In this document: piece by piece, positions 16,684-24,821 of the stretch
Position numbering within the stretch: the first letter of the stretch is position 1
How the letters are laid out: every line of letters begins with the position of its first letter
Assembly: GCA_015711895.1 (NCBI GenBank)
Contig: MU158606.1
Span: forward strand, 1,894 to 34,671
Direction: 5' to 3'
Origin: Candidatus Solincola tengchongensis
GTDB lineage: Bacteria > Actinomycetota > Geothermincolia > Geothermincolales > RBG-13-55-18
Length of the DNA stretch: 32,778 bases
Translations under genes and position numbers: made by a program
The notes under the pieces: model-generated
What the model saw: the letters and a program-made list of their open reading frames with translations, nothing else
Told to the model about the DNA's origin: nothing
Database searches by the model: none

Positions 16684-17850
16684 TCACAGGAGAACCCTGA
16701 TAAGCATGGCGATCTCCCGGGAGGTGGCGGCGAGGAGCCGATGGGCTTGGCGCAGGGAATCTTCCAGGGAAAGCGGGCCGCCGGCGGTGGAGAACATGGC
16801 CGTCACGCCGCTCTCGTGCAGCTTCTCCGCCCCCGGGGCGAGCTCCCCGGCCAGGGCCAGGACGGGGATGCCTCTATCCGCAGCCCTGCGGGCCACGCCG
16901 TTCACCGTCTTGCCGCGCGCCGTCTGGGCGTCCAGCCTCCCCTCGCCGGTCATCACCAGCCGTGCTGCGGAGAGGAGCTCCTCAAAACCCACCGCCTCCA
17001 TGACCACATCGATGCCCGGTCTTATCTCCGCGCCCAGGAACACGGCAAGACCGAATCCCAGGCCGCCCGCGGCTCCCGCGCCGGGTAAGCCGGCCGGACC
17101 CGCTCCGGGGGTCGGCTCCGCGGGGCGACAGGGCATAGGAACCTGCGCCGAGGCCACCTCCGCCAGCCGGGCCAGCCCCCTTTCCAGGGCCTCCACCTCC
17201 TCCGGACCCGCTCCCTTCTGGGGCGCGTAGACGCGCGAGGCCCCCTCCGGTCCCAGCAGCGGGTTGTCCACGTCGCTGGCCACCACGATCTCCACCTCGC
17301 GCAACCTGGGGTCCAGACCGGAGAGGTCGATGCTTTTCAGGCGATGGAGATACCCGCCTCCGGGAGGGAGTTCCTTGCCCTTGCCGTCCAGGAAACGGGC
17401 ACCGAGGGCGGAAGCCATGCCCGTGCCTCCGTCGTTGGTCCCGCTCCCCCCTATGCCCACGATGATGCGGGTGGCTCCCAGGTCCAGGGCTCCGCGGATG
17501 AGGTCGCCGGTCCCGGCGGTGGTGGTATTCATGGGGTCCCGGCGTTCCGGGGGGATGAGCTGGAGGCCGGAGGCGGCGGCTATCTCCACCACCGCGGTCT
17601 TCCCGTCCCCGCAAAGGCCGAGGGGAGCCCTCCGCTTCTCGCCCAGCGGCCCGGTGACCTCCATCTCCACCAGGCGACCCCCGGTGGCCTTGACCAGGAC
17701 ATCGAGGGTACCCTCCCCGCCGTCGGCCAGCGGACAGAGGACGCATTCCGCCTCCGGCCACCCCTCCAGGAAACCGGCGGCTATGGCCTCGGCCGCCTGG
17801 GACGCGGTGAGGGACCCCTTGAACTTGTCCGGACAGACGAGGACGCGCAT
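16684..17850 (-). CDS. glxK: Glycerate kinase (GlxK/GarK family)
   Basis: PDKFKGSL, PLADGGEGT, GIGGSGTNDGG.G, SDVDNPLLG..GA..VYAPQKGA, GAAGGLG and TGEGRLD.QT..GK motifs. Confidence 0.95.
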   Translation of the reverse strand: MRVLVCPDKFKGSLTASQAAEAIAAGFLEGWPEAECVLCPLADGGEGTLDVLVKATGGRLVEMEVTGPLGEKRRAPLGLCGDGKTAVVEIAAASGLQLIPPERRDPMNTTTAGTGDLIRGALDLGATRIIVGIGGSGTNDGGTGMASALGARFLDGKGKELPPGGGYLHRLKSIDLSGLDPRLREVEIVVASDVDNPLLGPEGASRVYAPQKGAGPEEVEALERGLARLAEVASAQVPMPCRPAEPTPGAGPAGLPGAGAAGGLGFGLAVFLGAEIRPGIDVVMEAVGFEELLSAARLVMTGEGRLDAQTARGKTVNGVARRAADRGIPVLALAGELAPGAEKLHESGVTAMFSTAGGPLSLEDSLRQAHRLLAATSREIAMLIRVLL

Positions 17851-18251
17851 CGAACCTCCAGGTACGCTCGCCCCACGCGGTTCATGGCTTTACCGCGGAG
17901 AAAACCATTCCGGAGGAGAGGGTCGTTCCGGAGGGATACGATCGCTCCTCCCTGGGTGAACTTCTCTTCCCAATGTATCCGACCGTGGAGTGATGGGCCG
18001 CTGCCAGGGCATGTAATCGCGACATCGGGGACGATGTCCCCCATGTTCGGGATCCCGGACTGGAGAAAGGGTGGCTGCCTTCATCCAGGAGCTCGGACGG
18101 CAAGCCGCACATTTCGATGCTCATGGTGATTCCTCCACTGGATTCACGGAGGTCTTCACTCAAGGCCGGCAAAGGCTGAGTTGCGGGAATCTATTTCCTC
18201 CTCCGAGCCCCTGCGTCTCGGTGTGGCCCTCAGCGCCCGCGTCCCTCCCCT

Positions 18252-19070
18252 TCAGAGGGGCATGTTGCGGGCTATCTCCTCCTCCTCCAGGTACTGGTCG
18301 AGCCGGGCGAGGAGGAGGTTCCAGTCCACCAGGTGCCCGTCGAACTCCGGGCCGTCCACGCAGGCGAAGCGCGTCTTTCCGTCCACCTCGCACCGGCAGG
18401 TCCCGCACATGCCCGTCCCATCCAGCATTATGGAGTTCAGGCTCACCTTGGTGGGTACGCCGAATTCCCGGGTCACCGCGGAGGCGAACTTCATCATCAC
18501 CGCCGGGCCGATGGCCATCACCAGGTCCGCCCCTTCCTCCTTCAGGACCTGCTCCAGCGCCCAGGTGACCCTGCCGGAGAGCCCCTTGGAGCCGTCGTCG
18601 GTGGTCACCAGCAGGCGGTCGGTGACCTCGGTCATCTCCTCCTCCAGAATGAGCAGCCCCGCGGTACGGGCTCCGATGATGCCCGTGACCCGGTTGCCGG
18701 CGCGGCGCATCTCCCGGCAGATGGGGTAGATGGCGGCGATCCCCACGCCGCCTCCCACGCAGACCACGTGCCCGAAGCGGTCGATCTCCGTCGGTCTGCC
18801 CAGGGGGCCCACCAGGTCGAGTATCTCCTCGCCTGCCTCCATACGGCTGAGCTTGGCCGTGGAGCGGCCCACCACCTGGAAGACGAGGCGTATCCAGCCT
18901 TCCCGGCTGTCCCAGTCGCATAGCGTGAGGGGGAAGCGCTCGCCCCGTTCGTCCAGGCGGAGGATGACGAACTGCCCCGCCCGGGCCCGCCTGGCGATGC
19001 CCTCAGCGCGCACTCTCACGGAATGGACGCGCTCGGCGAGGTCCTCCTTGGATAAGATGGCATAACTCAT
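18252..19070 (-). CDS. nfnA: NfnA/SudB (PyrK-like) FAD/[2Fe-2S] electron-transfer subunit
   Basis: AGQFVILR..E.GER.PLT, GPLG.P, GGGVG, TDDGS.G..G.VT, AIGP..MM and SLN.IMLDGTGMCGTCR...FACVDGPEFDGH motifs. Confidence 0.92.
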   Translation of the reverse strand: MSYAILSKEDLAERVHSVRVRAEGIARRARAGQFVILRLDERGERFPLTLCDWDSREGWIRLVFQVVGRSTAKLSRMEAGEEILDLVGPLGRPTEIDRFGHVVCVGGGVGIAAIYPICREMRRAGNRVTGIIGARTAGLLILEEEMTEVTDRLLVTTDDGSKGLSGRVTWALEQVLKEEGADLVMAIGPAVMMKFASAVTREFGVPTKVSLNSIMLDGTGMCGTCRCEVDGKTRFACVDGPEFDGHLVDWNLLLARLDQYLEEEEIARNMPL

Positions 19071-19852
19071 GCTTCCACTCCCAGTTCCTGGAAAAGCCTT
19101 TCCTTGATGCGGCGTATCTCCTCCACGAAGGCCGGATCGGCGTCGTAAGGGCTTGTGCCCTCCAGGTCGGCGCGCCGGATGTTCTGGTTGTAGGATATGG
19201 AGCCCAGGTAGGGCATCCCGTCCAGGCGGGACCGCACCAGCTCCTCCTCATCCGGGGACTGCACCTTGTTGAGGACCACGAAGACGCGCCGCACCTTGAG
19301 GTCTCCCGCCAGCCTGCGGATGGAATTGGCCGTCTGCAGGCTGCGCATCCCGGGCTCGATGACCACAATCATGGCGTCCACCGCTCCCGCCGTCCCCCGG
19401 CCCAAGTGCTCCAGGCCGGCCTCCATGTCCATGATCACCACGTCCTTGCGGGCCAGGAGGAGGTGCTGCAGGAGGGCCTTGAGCATCACCGACTCCGGGC
19501 ACACGCAACCCCCGCCGCCCTCCTTGACCGTGCCCATGACCAGGAGGCGTACCCCCTTGTGCACTTTGGACAGCGCTTCCGGGAGGTCGTCCACCTTGGG
19601 GTTCATCTTGAAATAAGTGCCGAAGGTGCCGGGCTTGGAATCGGTGCGCTCGGCGATGAGCTCCTTCATGTCGGCGATGGGGACCACGCCCTCCATCTCC
19701 TCCTCGGGGATGCCCAGGCTGGAGGCCAGGTTGGCGTCGGGATCGGCGTCCACGGCCACCACATTGTATCCCTCCTCAGCCAGGAGGCGGGCCAAGCCGC
19801 CGGCCAGGGTGGTCTTGCCCACTCCGCCTTTCCCGGTCACGGCTATCTTCAA
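19067..19852 (-). CDS. cooC: CO dehydrogenase/ACS maturation ATPase CooC/AcsF
   Basis: KIAVTGKGGVGKTT, DADPD.NL, NPKVDD, GGGCVCPE (Ni-binding CxC) and DMEAGLEHLGRGTA motifs. Likely TTG start at 19852; the stop overlaps the nfnA start (ATGA). Confidence 0.94.
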   Translation of the reverse strand: MKIAVTGKGGVGKTTLAGGLARLLAEEGYNVVAVDADPDANLASSLGIPEEEMEGVVPIADMKELIAERTDSKPGTFGTYFKMNPKVDDLPEALSKVHKGVRLLVMGTVKEGGGGCVCPESVMLKALLQHLLLARKDVVIMDMEAGLEHLGRGTAGAVDAMIVVIEPGMRSLQTANSIRRLAGDLKVRRVFVVLNKVQSPDEEELVRSRLDGMPYLGSISYNQNIRRADLEGTSPYDADPAFVEEIRRIKERLFQELGVEA

Positions 19853-20211
19853 GGCGATCACTCCTTCCCGCCCGAGCGTCTGATGGCAATATATGGTAAT
19901 TTTCCCGCTACGAGTTCACAGGCCGCGGCTTTCCGGAAGAATTATACTACAGGGCCGGACCGCATCCGGTATGGCGGTGGCCCAAAGTGACGTCCCTCCG
20001 GAGGCCACCCGATTTCCTTTATGCACGAACATGATCCCCGAAAATGTTTACCGTCCGGAGGCGGCGTGTTACTATTTCCCTGAAACCACCTTGCCTCACA
20101 GGCATTTTCTGTTTATCGAGGCGCAACGACACAGCATGTTTCGTCGCCTCGCAAAACCGGTAGAGGAGAGCTTGAGGAGAGTTCTCGAAAGAGTGAAGGA
20201 GATGCCGTAAC

Positions 20212-21429
20212 GTGCCCGGAGCAGTCGGGGACCGCCGTTATCTGGTTATCGTGAACCCCGTTTCGCGTGGCGGCAAGGCCCAGGAGGAGGGGATCTGGCT
20301 GCTCAACCGCCTCAAGCGGGCCGGGGTGGAATACGAGGCCCTCTTCACCGAGCGGGCCGGACACGCCGAGGAGATGGTGGTCAAATGGGCGGAGGATTTC
20401 GACGTGGTGGTGTCCGTGTCCGGGGACGGAACCACCAACGAGATAATCAACGGGATTATGAAAGTCCCTTCCTCCCGCCTCAAACTGGCCATGTTCCCGG
20501 CGGGCACCGCGGACGACTTCGCTTCCAACATGGGCTACGACCGCAAGGACAAGGAACAGGCCCTGCGCGCCATTCTGGGGGACTGCTGCCGCACCATCGA
20601 CCTCATCCGTTACGACAGTCGCTATGCGGCGGTAACTTTCGGCCTGGGCGTGGACTCGGAAATCGCCGATGGTGCCTATAAGTGGAAGCGTTTCCGCATC
20701 CCGGCTTACTTTTACAGCGGCCTGAAGAAGTGCTTCTTCGAGGAGAGGAAGCGTTACTTCGTGCGCTTCGACTATGAGGGCCAGACCTTCGAGGACTGGG
20801 TGCTCATCGCCATATTGTGCAACGCGCCCTTGTTCGGTAGGTACATCAAGATACACCCCGAGGCCCGCATGAACGACGGCATCCTTGGTCTGACCATTGG
20901 ACGGGAGATGCCCAACGTGTACGGGCTGGTGCTCTTCCTCTTCGCCTGCATGGGAGGGCGGCACGGCTTTTCCCGCAAGGTCTCCTTCCACCAGGTGCGC
21001 AGGATGCGGGTGGAGTGCAAGACGGACACCTATGCCCAGATCGACGGCGAGGTGTACAAGTTCGATGCCGGCCGGGTGATCGAGCTCTCGGTGGTGCCCG
21101 ATGCCCTCAGGGTCCTGGTACCGCCGGAATCCCTTCGTGACCGCAGGCTCCCCTTCGTGCCCCGCGAGGAGCCACCGCAGCCTCTGCAGTTGCGCTTAAT
21201 TCCGCCGCAGGCGGGAGTGGCCGAAGAACTGGAGGCGCTCTCCCGACGGGTTAAAGCTAGGGTGGAACAGGCCCTGGAGGCGGCGCGGGAACATCGACGG
21301 CGCTTTGCTTTTCCCGGCTTTGTGGATCAGGCGGGCAGGCAGCAGTCCTTCGATTTCGATAGAGAGGAGATGAAGCTGGTGCGCCGGGCGGCGAGGCGTC
21401 TCAGGAAAGAACTGGTAAAGGGAATATGA
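20212..21429 (+). CDS. Diacylglycerol-kinase-family lipid kinase (YegS/BmrU-like) with C-terminal extension
   Basis: IVNPVS, SGDGTTNEIING, PAGTADDFA, P.A.MNDG and QIDGE motifs. Confidence 0.9.
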   Translation: MPGAVGDRRYLVIVNPVSRGGKAQEEGIWLLNRLKRAGVEYEALFTERAGHAEEMVVKWAEDFDVVVSVSGDGTTNEIINGIMKVPSSRLKLAMFPAGTADDFASNMGYDRKDKEQALRAILGDCCRTIDLIRYDSRYAAVTFGLGVDSEIADGAYKWKRFRIPAYFYSGLKKCFFEERKRYFVRFDYEGQTFEDWVLIAILCNAPLFGRYIKIHPEARMNDGILGLTIGREMPNVYGLVLFLFACMGGRHGFSRKVSFHQVRRMRVECKTDTYAQIDGEVYKFDAGRVIELSVVPDALRVLVPPESLRDRRLPFVPREEPPQPLQLRLIPPQAGVAEELEALSRRVKARVEQALEAAREHRRRFAFPGFVDQAGRQQSFDFDREEMKLVRRAARRLRKELVKGI

Positions 21430-21480
21430 CCGCGCCGTAAAAGTTCACTCTCGGTTAACATTAAACCGGCCGCGGAGTAT

Positions 21481-21521
21481 GGGTAATAAAGGTTGATCTA
21501 TATCATTCTTTTACCCCTTTT
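21481..21521 (+). terminator. Possible terminator hairpin after the DAGK gene
   Basis: Imperfect hairpin GGGTAA..AAAG..TGAT-CTAT-ATCA..CTTT.TTACCC followed by CTTTT. Confidence 0.35.
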
Positions 21522-21536
21522 AACCACCGGAGAGCC

Positions 21537-21565
21537 TTGACACCAATGCTCATCTTTGATAACTT
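21537..21565 (+). promoter_or_regulatory. Strong sigma-A-type promoter with no downstream gene
   Basis: TTGACA-17 nt-TAACTT with an extended -10 TG. Confidence 0.6.
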
Positions 21566-21571
21566 CAAGAC

Positions 21572-21792
21572 GTCGGGTGGGGATGATATGTAGATCATAT
21601 AGAGCAAGCCCCATCCGGGGCTTAAGTTTTTGAACCTTGAAAGTGAGGTCCTACGCTATTAGCTGCCGGCCAACCCCATATGCCCTATAGCATGAGATGA
21701 CTTCAGCACATTCCACCCCCTGAATAGCCCTATCCGCCGGTGGCTAATAGCAACTCTTATAGAGGAGGCGCTACGGCGCCTCCTTTCTATTT
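21572..21792 (+). ncRNA. Candidate ~220-nt structured small RNA
   Basis: Bounded by the promoter above and an intrinsic terminator; 9-bp stem 21574-21582/21609-21617 and 16-bp stem 21655-21670/21736-21751, whose G-U pairs form only on the + strand. Confidence 0.5.
21763..21792 (+). terminator. Intrinsic terminator (+ strand)
   Basis: AGGAGGCGC-TACG-GCGCCTCCT (c-UACG-g tetraloop) followed by TTCTATTT. Confidence 0.65.
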
Positions 21793-22898
21793 CCTCGGCC
21801 TCGCTTGAGGGTTGACGGTCGGAAGGGTTCGGGACGGGCGAGCTCCGGCCTCCCGCAGGGAGGCTCCCCCGGCCCCGCGCAGTGCACGTGGCAGTTGGCG
21901 GTGCATCCCTCGATCGGCGAGAACCTCTCCGGGCCGGTGCGGCGCGAGAAGGGCATGGGGAAAGCCTCGCAGTGAGGGAGGCCGGGGGAATCGGCGGCCT
22001 CCGACGGCAATTCCTGGCATACGGCGTAGGTCATGCCCAGCTTGCCGGACAGGGAGGCGGCGAGGCGGTGGAACTTCAGCCGTCCGGCGGTCGGGAGCAT
22101 GTAACCGCTGGAGGTCGCGGAGCGGTCGAAAATGTAGTCCTCCATGAGGCGGCGGCCCTCCAGCGCGGAGCGGGTAGCAACAGCTTCCGCCAGTGCCTTG
22201 CGGGTGGCCGCGGTGAAGCGGCCCGTTGAGCTCACCACATGGCGGGCGCCGGCGAGGGAGGCGTCACGGAGCAGCTCCTCCAGGCGTTCGTCCCAATCCG
22301 CACCGTAGGTTGCCCTCCAGAGGTGGGGGATGAAGGGGTCCAGGCGGAGGGTGGCGGGCAATCCTCTGGAGGTGGCCCAGGAGAGGGCTTCCAGCCTCTT
22401 TTCATAAGGGGGCGCAGCCGGGGATAGCAGGCGGAGCACTTCGGGCGGACCCTCGATGGTCACCTCCAGGAAGAAGTAGCCGCCGCCCGGAAAACCCTCC
22501 ACGGGGTCGAGGAAGGAGGGATCACCTTTGGTTATCAGATGAAAACTTATTCCCCAGCGCACCAGCACCCGTATCAGCTCGAGCATCACCCGCCTGAGTT
22601 CCGGAACCGCTTGGCAGGGGTCGGTGACATTGGAGATGGAGATGGGCGGGCAGAGCTCAAGCGCCGAGAGCTCCCTCTTTACCACCTCGGCCAGATTTGA
22701 ATACACCTGCATGCTGGAATCGGATGAACGGGAATATACGGCATCCCTGGCATAGCAGTACAGGCAGCTGTGGGTGCAATGCGGCCTCCCCGGGGGCGTG
22801 ACGTTCAATATCCACTTGTGGTAGCACTTGCGCCCCGGGCCGCGGTAAGGAAAGTCGTGCAGGGTGGGAGACCTGCGTTCCACGAACATGACGTCCAT
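21771..22898 (-). CDS. Radical SAM protein, spore-photoproduct-lyase-like family
   Basis: CTHSCLYCYA (CxxxCxxC), SNVTDPCQ, ITK, RLDPFIP and Y.VCQE motifs. ATG 22898 lies 6 nt after a TATCAT -10 box (leaderless start). Confidence 0.85.
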   Translation of the reverse strand: MDVMFVERRSPTLHDFPYRGPGRKCYHKWILNVTPPGRPHCTHSCLYCYARDAVYSRSSDSSMQVYSNLAEVVKRELSALELCPPISISNVTDPCQAVPELRRVMLELIRVLVRWGISFHLITKGDPSFLDPVEGFPGGGYFFLEVTIEGPPEVLRLLSPAAPPYEKRLEALSWATSRGLPATLRLDPFIPHLWRATYGADWDERLEELLRDASLAGARHVVSSTGRFTAATRKALAEAVATRSALEGRRLMEDYIFDRSATSSGYMLPTAGRLKFHRLAASLSGKLGMTYAVCQELPSEAADSPGLPHCEAFPMPFSRRTGPERFSPIEGCTANCHVHCAGPGEPPCGRPELARPEPFRPSTLKRGRGNRKEAP

Positions 22899-23381
22899 GG
22901 TTCCATGATAAGGGAAGGGAACGGCGGGCTCATCCCGAAGGCGGCGTTTTCGCCGAAGAAGAAGGATAGACTCCCGTCTTCCTCTCGGGAAGTATGCAGT
23001 GATTTCATATACTCTCAAGTGCGGGAGGAGCGGTAGGGCTACGGCGCTGCTCCCGTCCGGGCTGGCCTTTCGGCTCCAAGAACGGAGGGATGAGAGGGAG
23101 GCCCCTCGGGCTTTTTCGTTGCGAATGGTGTGCAGCTAAACGACGCGAGAACCTCTGGCCTGTGGGGGGAGCGTTTTCCCGCGGAACGCTTGTGCCGTTG
23201 TGCGTTTCCGCCTATACCCCTTGACGCAAGGGGGAATTTTTCCCACCAGCGTGGAGTTCTGAGCCGATCCCGCTGTGTCAGTATTTCGGCCCTGTGGAAT
23301 TCGGGAGAGAAAGGGGCGATTTCACTCCGGCCGTCCGCCCGACGCCGGACGCGTTTGCCGCCCTGTCGGCAGCTGCCTCTG

Positions 23382-23410
23382 TTGCCATTCCCCTCCGGTA
23401 AATCTATAAT
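23382..23410 (+). promoter_or_regulatory. Sigma-A-type promoter of fadA-fadB
   Basis: TTGCCA-17 nt-TATAAT. Confidence 0.75.
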
Positions 23411-23604
23411 GTTGGGCGGCGGTTCGAGTTAATAACCAGGGTAAGGTCGCGGCCATGGACGAAGCAGCTATCGCTCCGCACCCAATCCTCCCACCTTTGT
23501 CAGAAGCGGGACCCGTCACTTTTCCGGCGCGTCCCCTTGAAATACATTCCGGGCGGAAAGATCATCCCGTACCGCAATCCTTTTACAGGTGAAGGAGGTA
23601 AGTA

Positions 23605-24795
23605 ATGGCCAGGGAACTGCAGGAAGTCTACCTCATCGACGCCTGCCGGACGGCCTTCGGGAAGGCGCGGCCGGACGGCATCTTCGCCCAGACCAGGGCC
23701 GACGACATGGTGGTCAAGGTCATCCGCTCCCTCCTGGAGAGGAACCCCGAGGTGCCCAGAGACAGGATCGACGACAACATCTGGGCCGCTTCCACCCAGT
23801 GGGGAGACCAGGGCCTGACCATCGGGCGCACCACGGCCATCCTGGCCGGGCTGCCTGTGACCACGCCGGGCTGCGCTGTGGACCGCATGTGCTCGGGCGC
23901 CCTTACCGCCGCGGCCTTCGGGGCCTCTCAAATACAGGTGGGCGCCGCCGACTTGATCATCGCCGGCGGGGTTGAGCACATGTTCCGCCATCCCATGGGA
24001 CAGGGAGCGGACCCCAACCCACGCTTCCTGGCTGAGAAGCTAGTGGACCAGAGCGCCCTGAACATGGGCATGACCGCCGAGAACCTGCACGACATGTATC
24101 CCGACATCACCAAGGACATCTGTGACGAGTACGCGCTCCTGTCGCAGCAGAAGGCCAAAAAGGCCCTGGACGAGGGGAAGATCGCCAAGATCCTGGTGCC
24201 CATGACGGTATGGACGGGCAACGGGTGGAAGGTGGCGGACAGGGACGAGCAGCCCCGCCCCGACGCCACGTTGGAGGGCATGAAGGACCTGCGCACCCCC
24301 TTCCGGGTCAAGGGGAGGGTCACCCCGGGCAACGCCTCCGGGCTCAACGACGGCGCCGCCGGCGTCATCCTGGCCTCGGAGAAGGCGGTCAAGGAATACG
24401 GCCTCAAGCCCCGCATGCGGCTGGTGCAGTACGCCTTCGCCGCCGTGAAGCCGGAGATCATGGGGCTCGGGCCGGTGCCCGCCACCAAGAAGGTGCTGGA
24501 GAGGGCGGGCATGAAGTTCGACGACCTGGACGTCATCGAGCTCAACGAGGCCTTCGCCGTGCAGTGCGTGGTGTTCATGAAGGAGTTCGGGATGCAGCTG
24601 GTCGACGATCCGCGCCTCAACCCCTGGGGAGGGGCCATCGCCTACGGGCATCCTCTGGCCTCCTCCGGTGGACGCCTCCTGGCCCACCTGGCCTACCAGT
24701 TCGAGGAGAACCCCAAGCTGAAGTACGGCTTGGCCACCCTGTGTGTGGGCCTGGGACAGGGCGCTTCCATGATCTGGGAGAACGTCCAGAACTGA
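23605..24795 (+). CDS. fadA: Acetyl-CoA C-acyltransferase (thiolase)
   Basis: DRMCSG catalytic Cys, NASGLNDGA, NEAFA, GGAIAYGHP and LCVGLGQG motifs; AAGGAGGT RBS. Confidence 0.96.
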   Translation: MARELQEVYLIDACRTAFGKARPDGIFAQTRADDMVVKVIRSLLERNPEVPRDRIDDNIWAASTQWGDQGLTIGRTTAILAGLPVTTPGCAVDRMCSGALTAAAFGASQIQVGAADLIIAGGVEHMFRHPMGQGADPNPRFLAEKLVDQSALNMGMTAENLHDMYPDITKDICDEYALLSQQKAKKALDEGKIAKILVPMTVWTGNGWKVADRDEQPRPDATLEGMKDLRTPFRVKGRVTPGNASGLNDGAAGVILASEKAVKEYGLKPRMRLVQYAFAAVKPEIMGLGPVPATKKVLERAGMKFDDLDVIELNEAFAVQCVVFMKEFGMQLVDDPRLNPWGGAIAYGHPLASSGGRLLAHLAYQFEENPKLKYGLATLCVGLGQGASMIWENVQN

Positions 24796-24821
24796 TCGAG
24801 GGATAAGGAAAGGAGGAAGCG

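Noticed and set aside
20137-20210. 24-codon ORF MFRRLAKPVEESLRRVLERVKEMP just before the DAGK gene
   Set aside because: It has no clear RBS and is out of frame with the kinase; its 3' end simply supplies the kinase RBS. A leader peptide cannot be supported.
22899-23018. Extended start of the radical SAM ORF
   Set aside because: The extension is not protein-like, and a -10 box sits 6 nt before ATG 22898.
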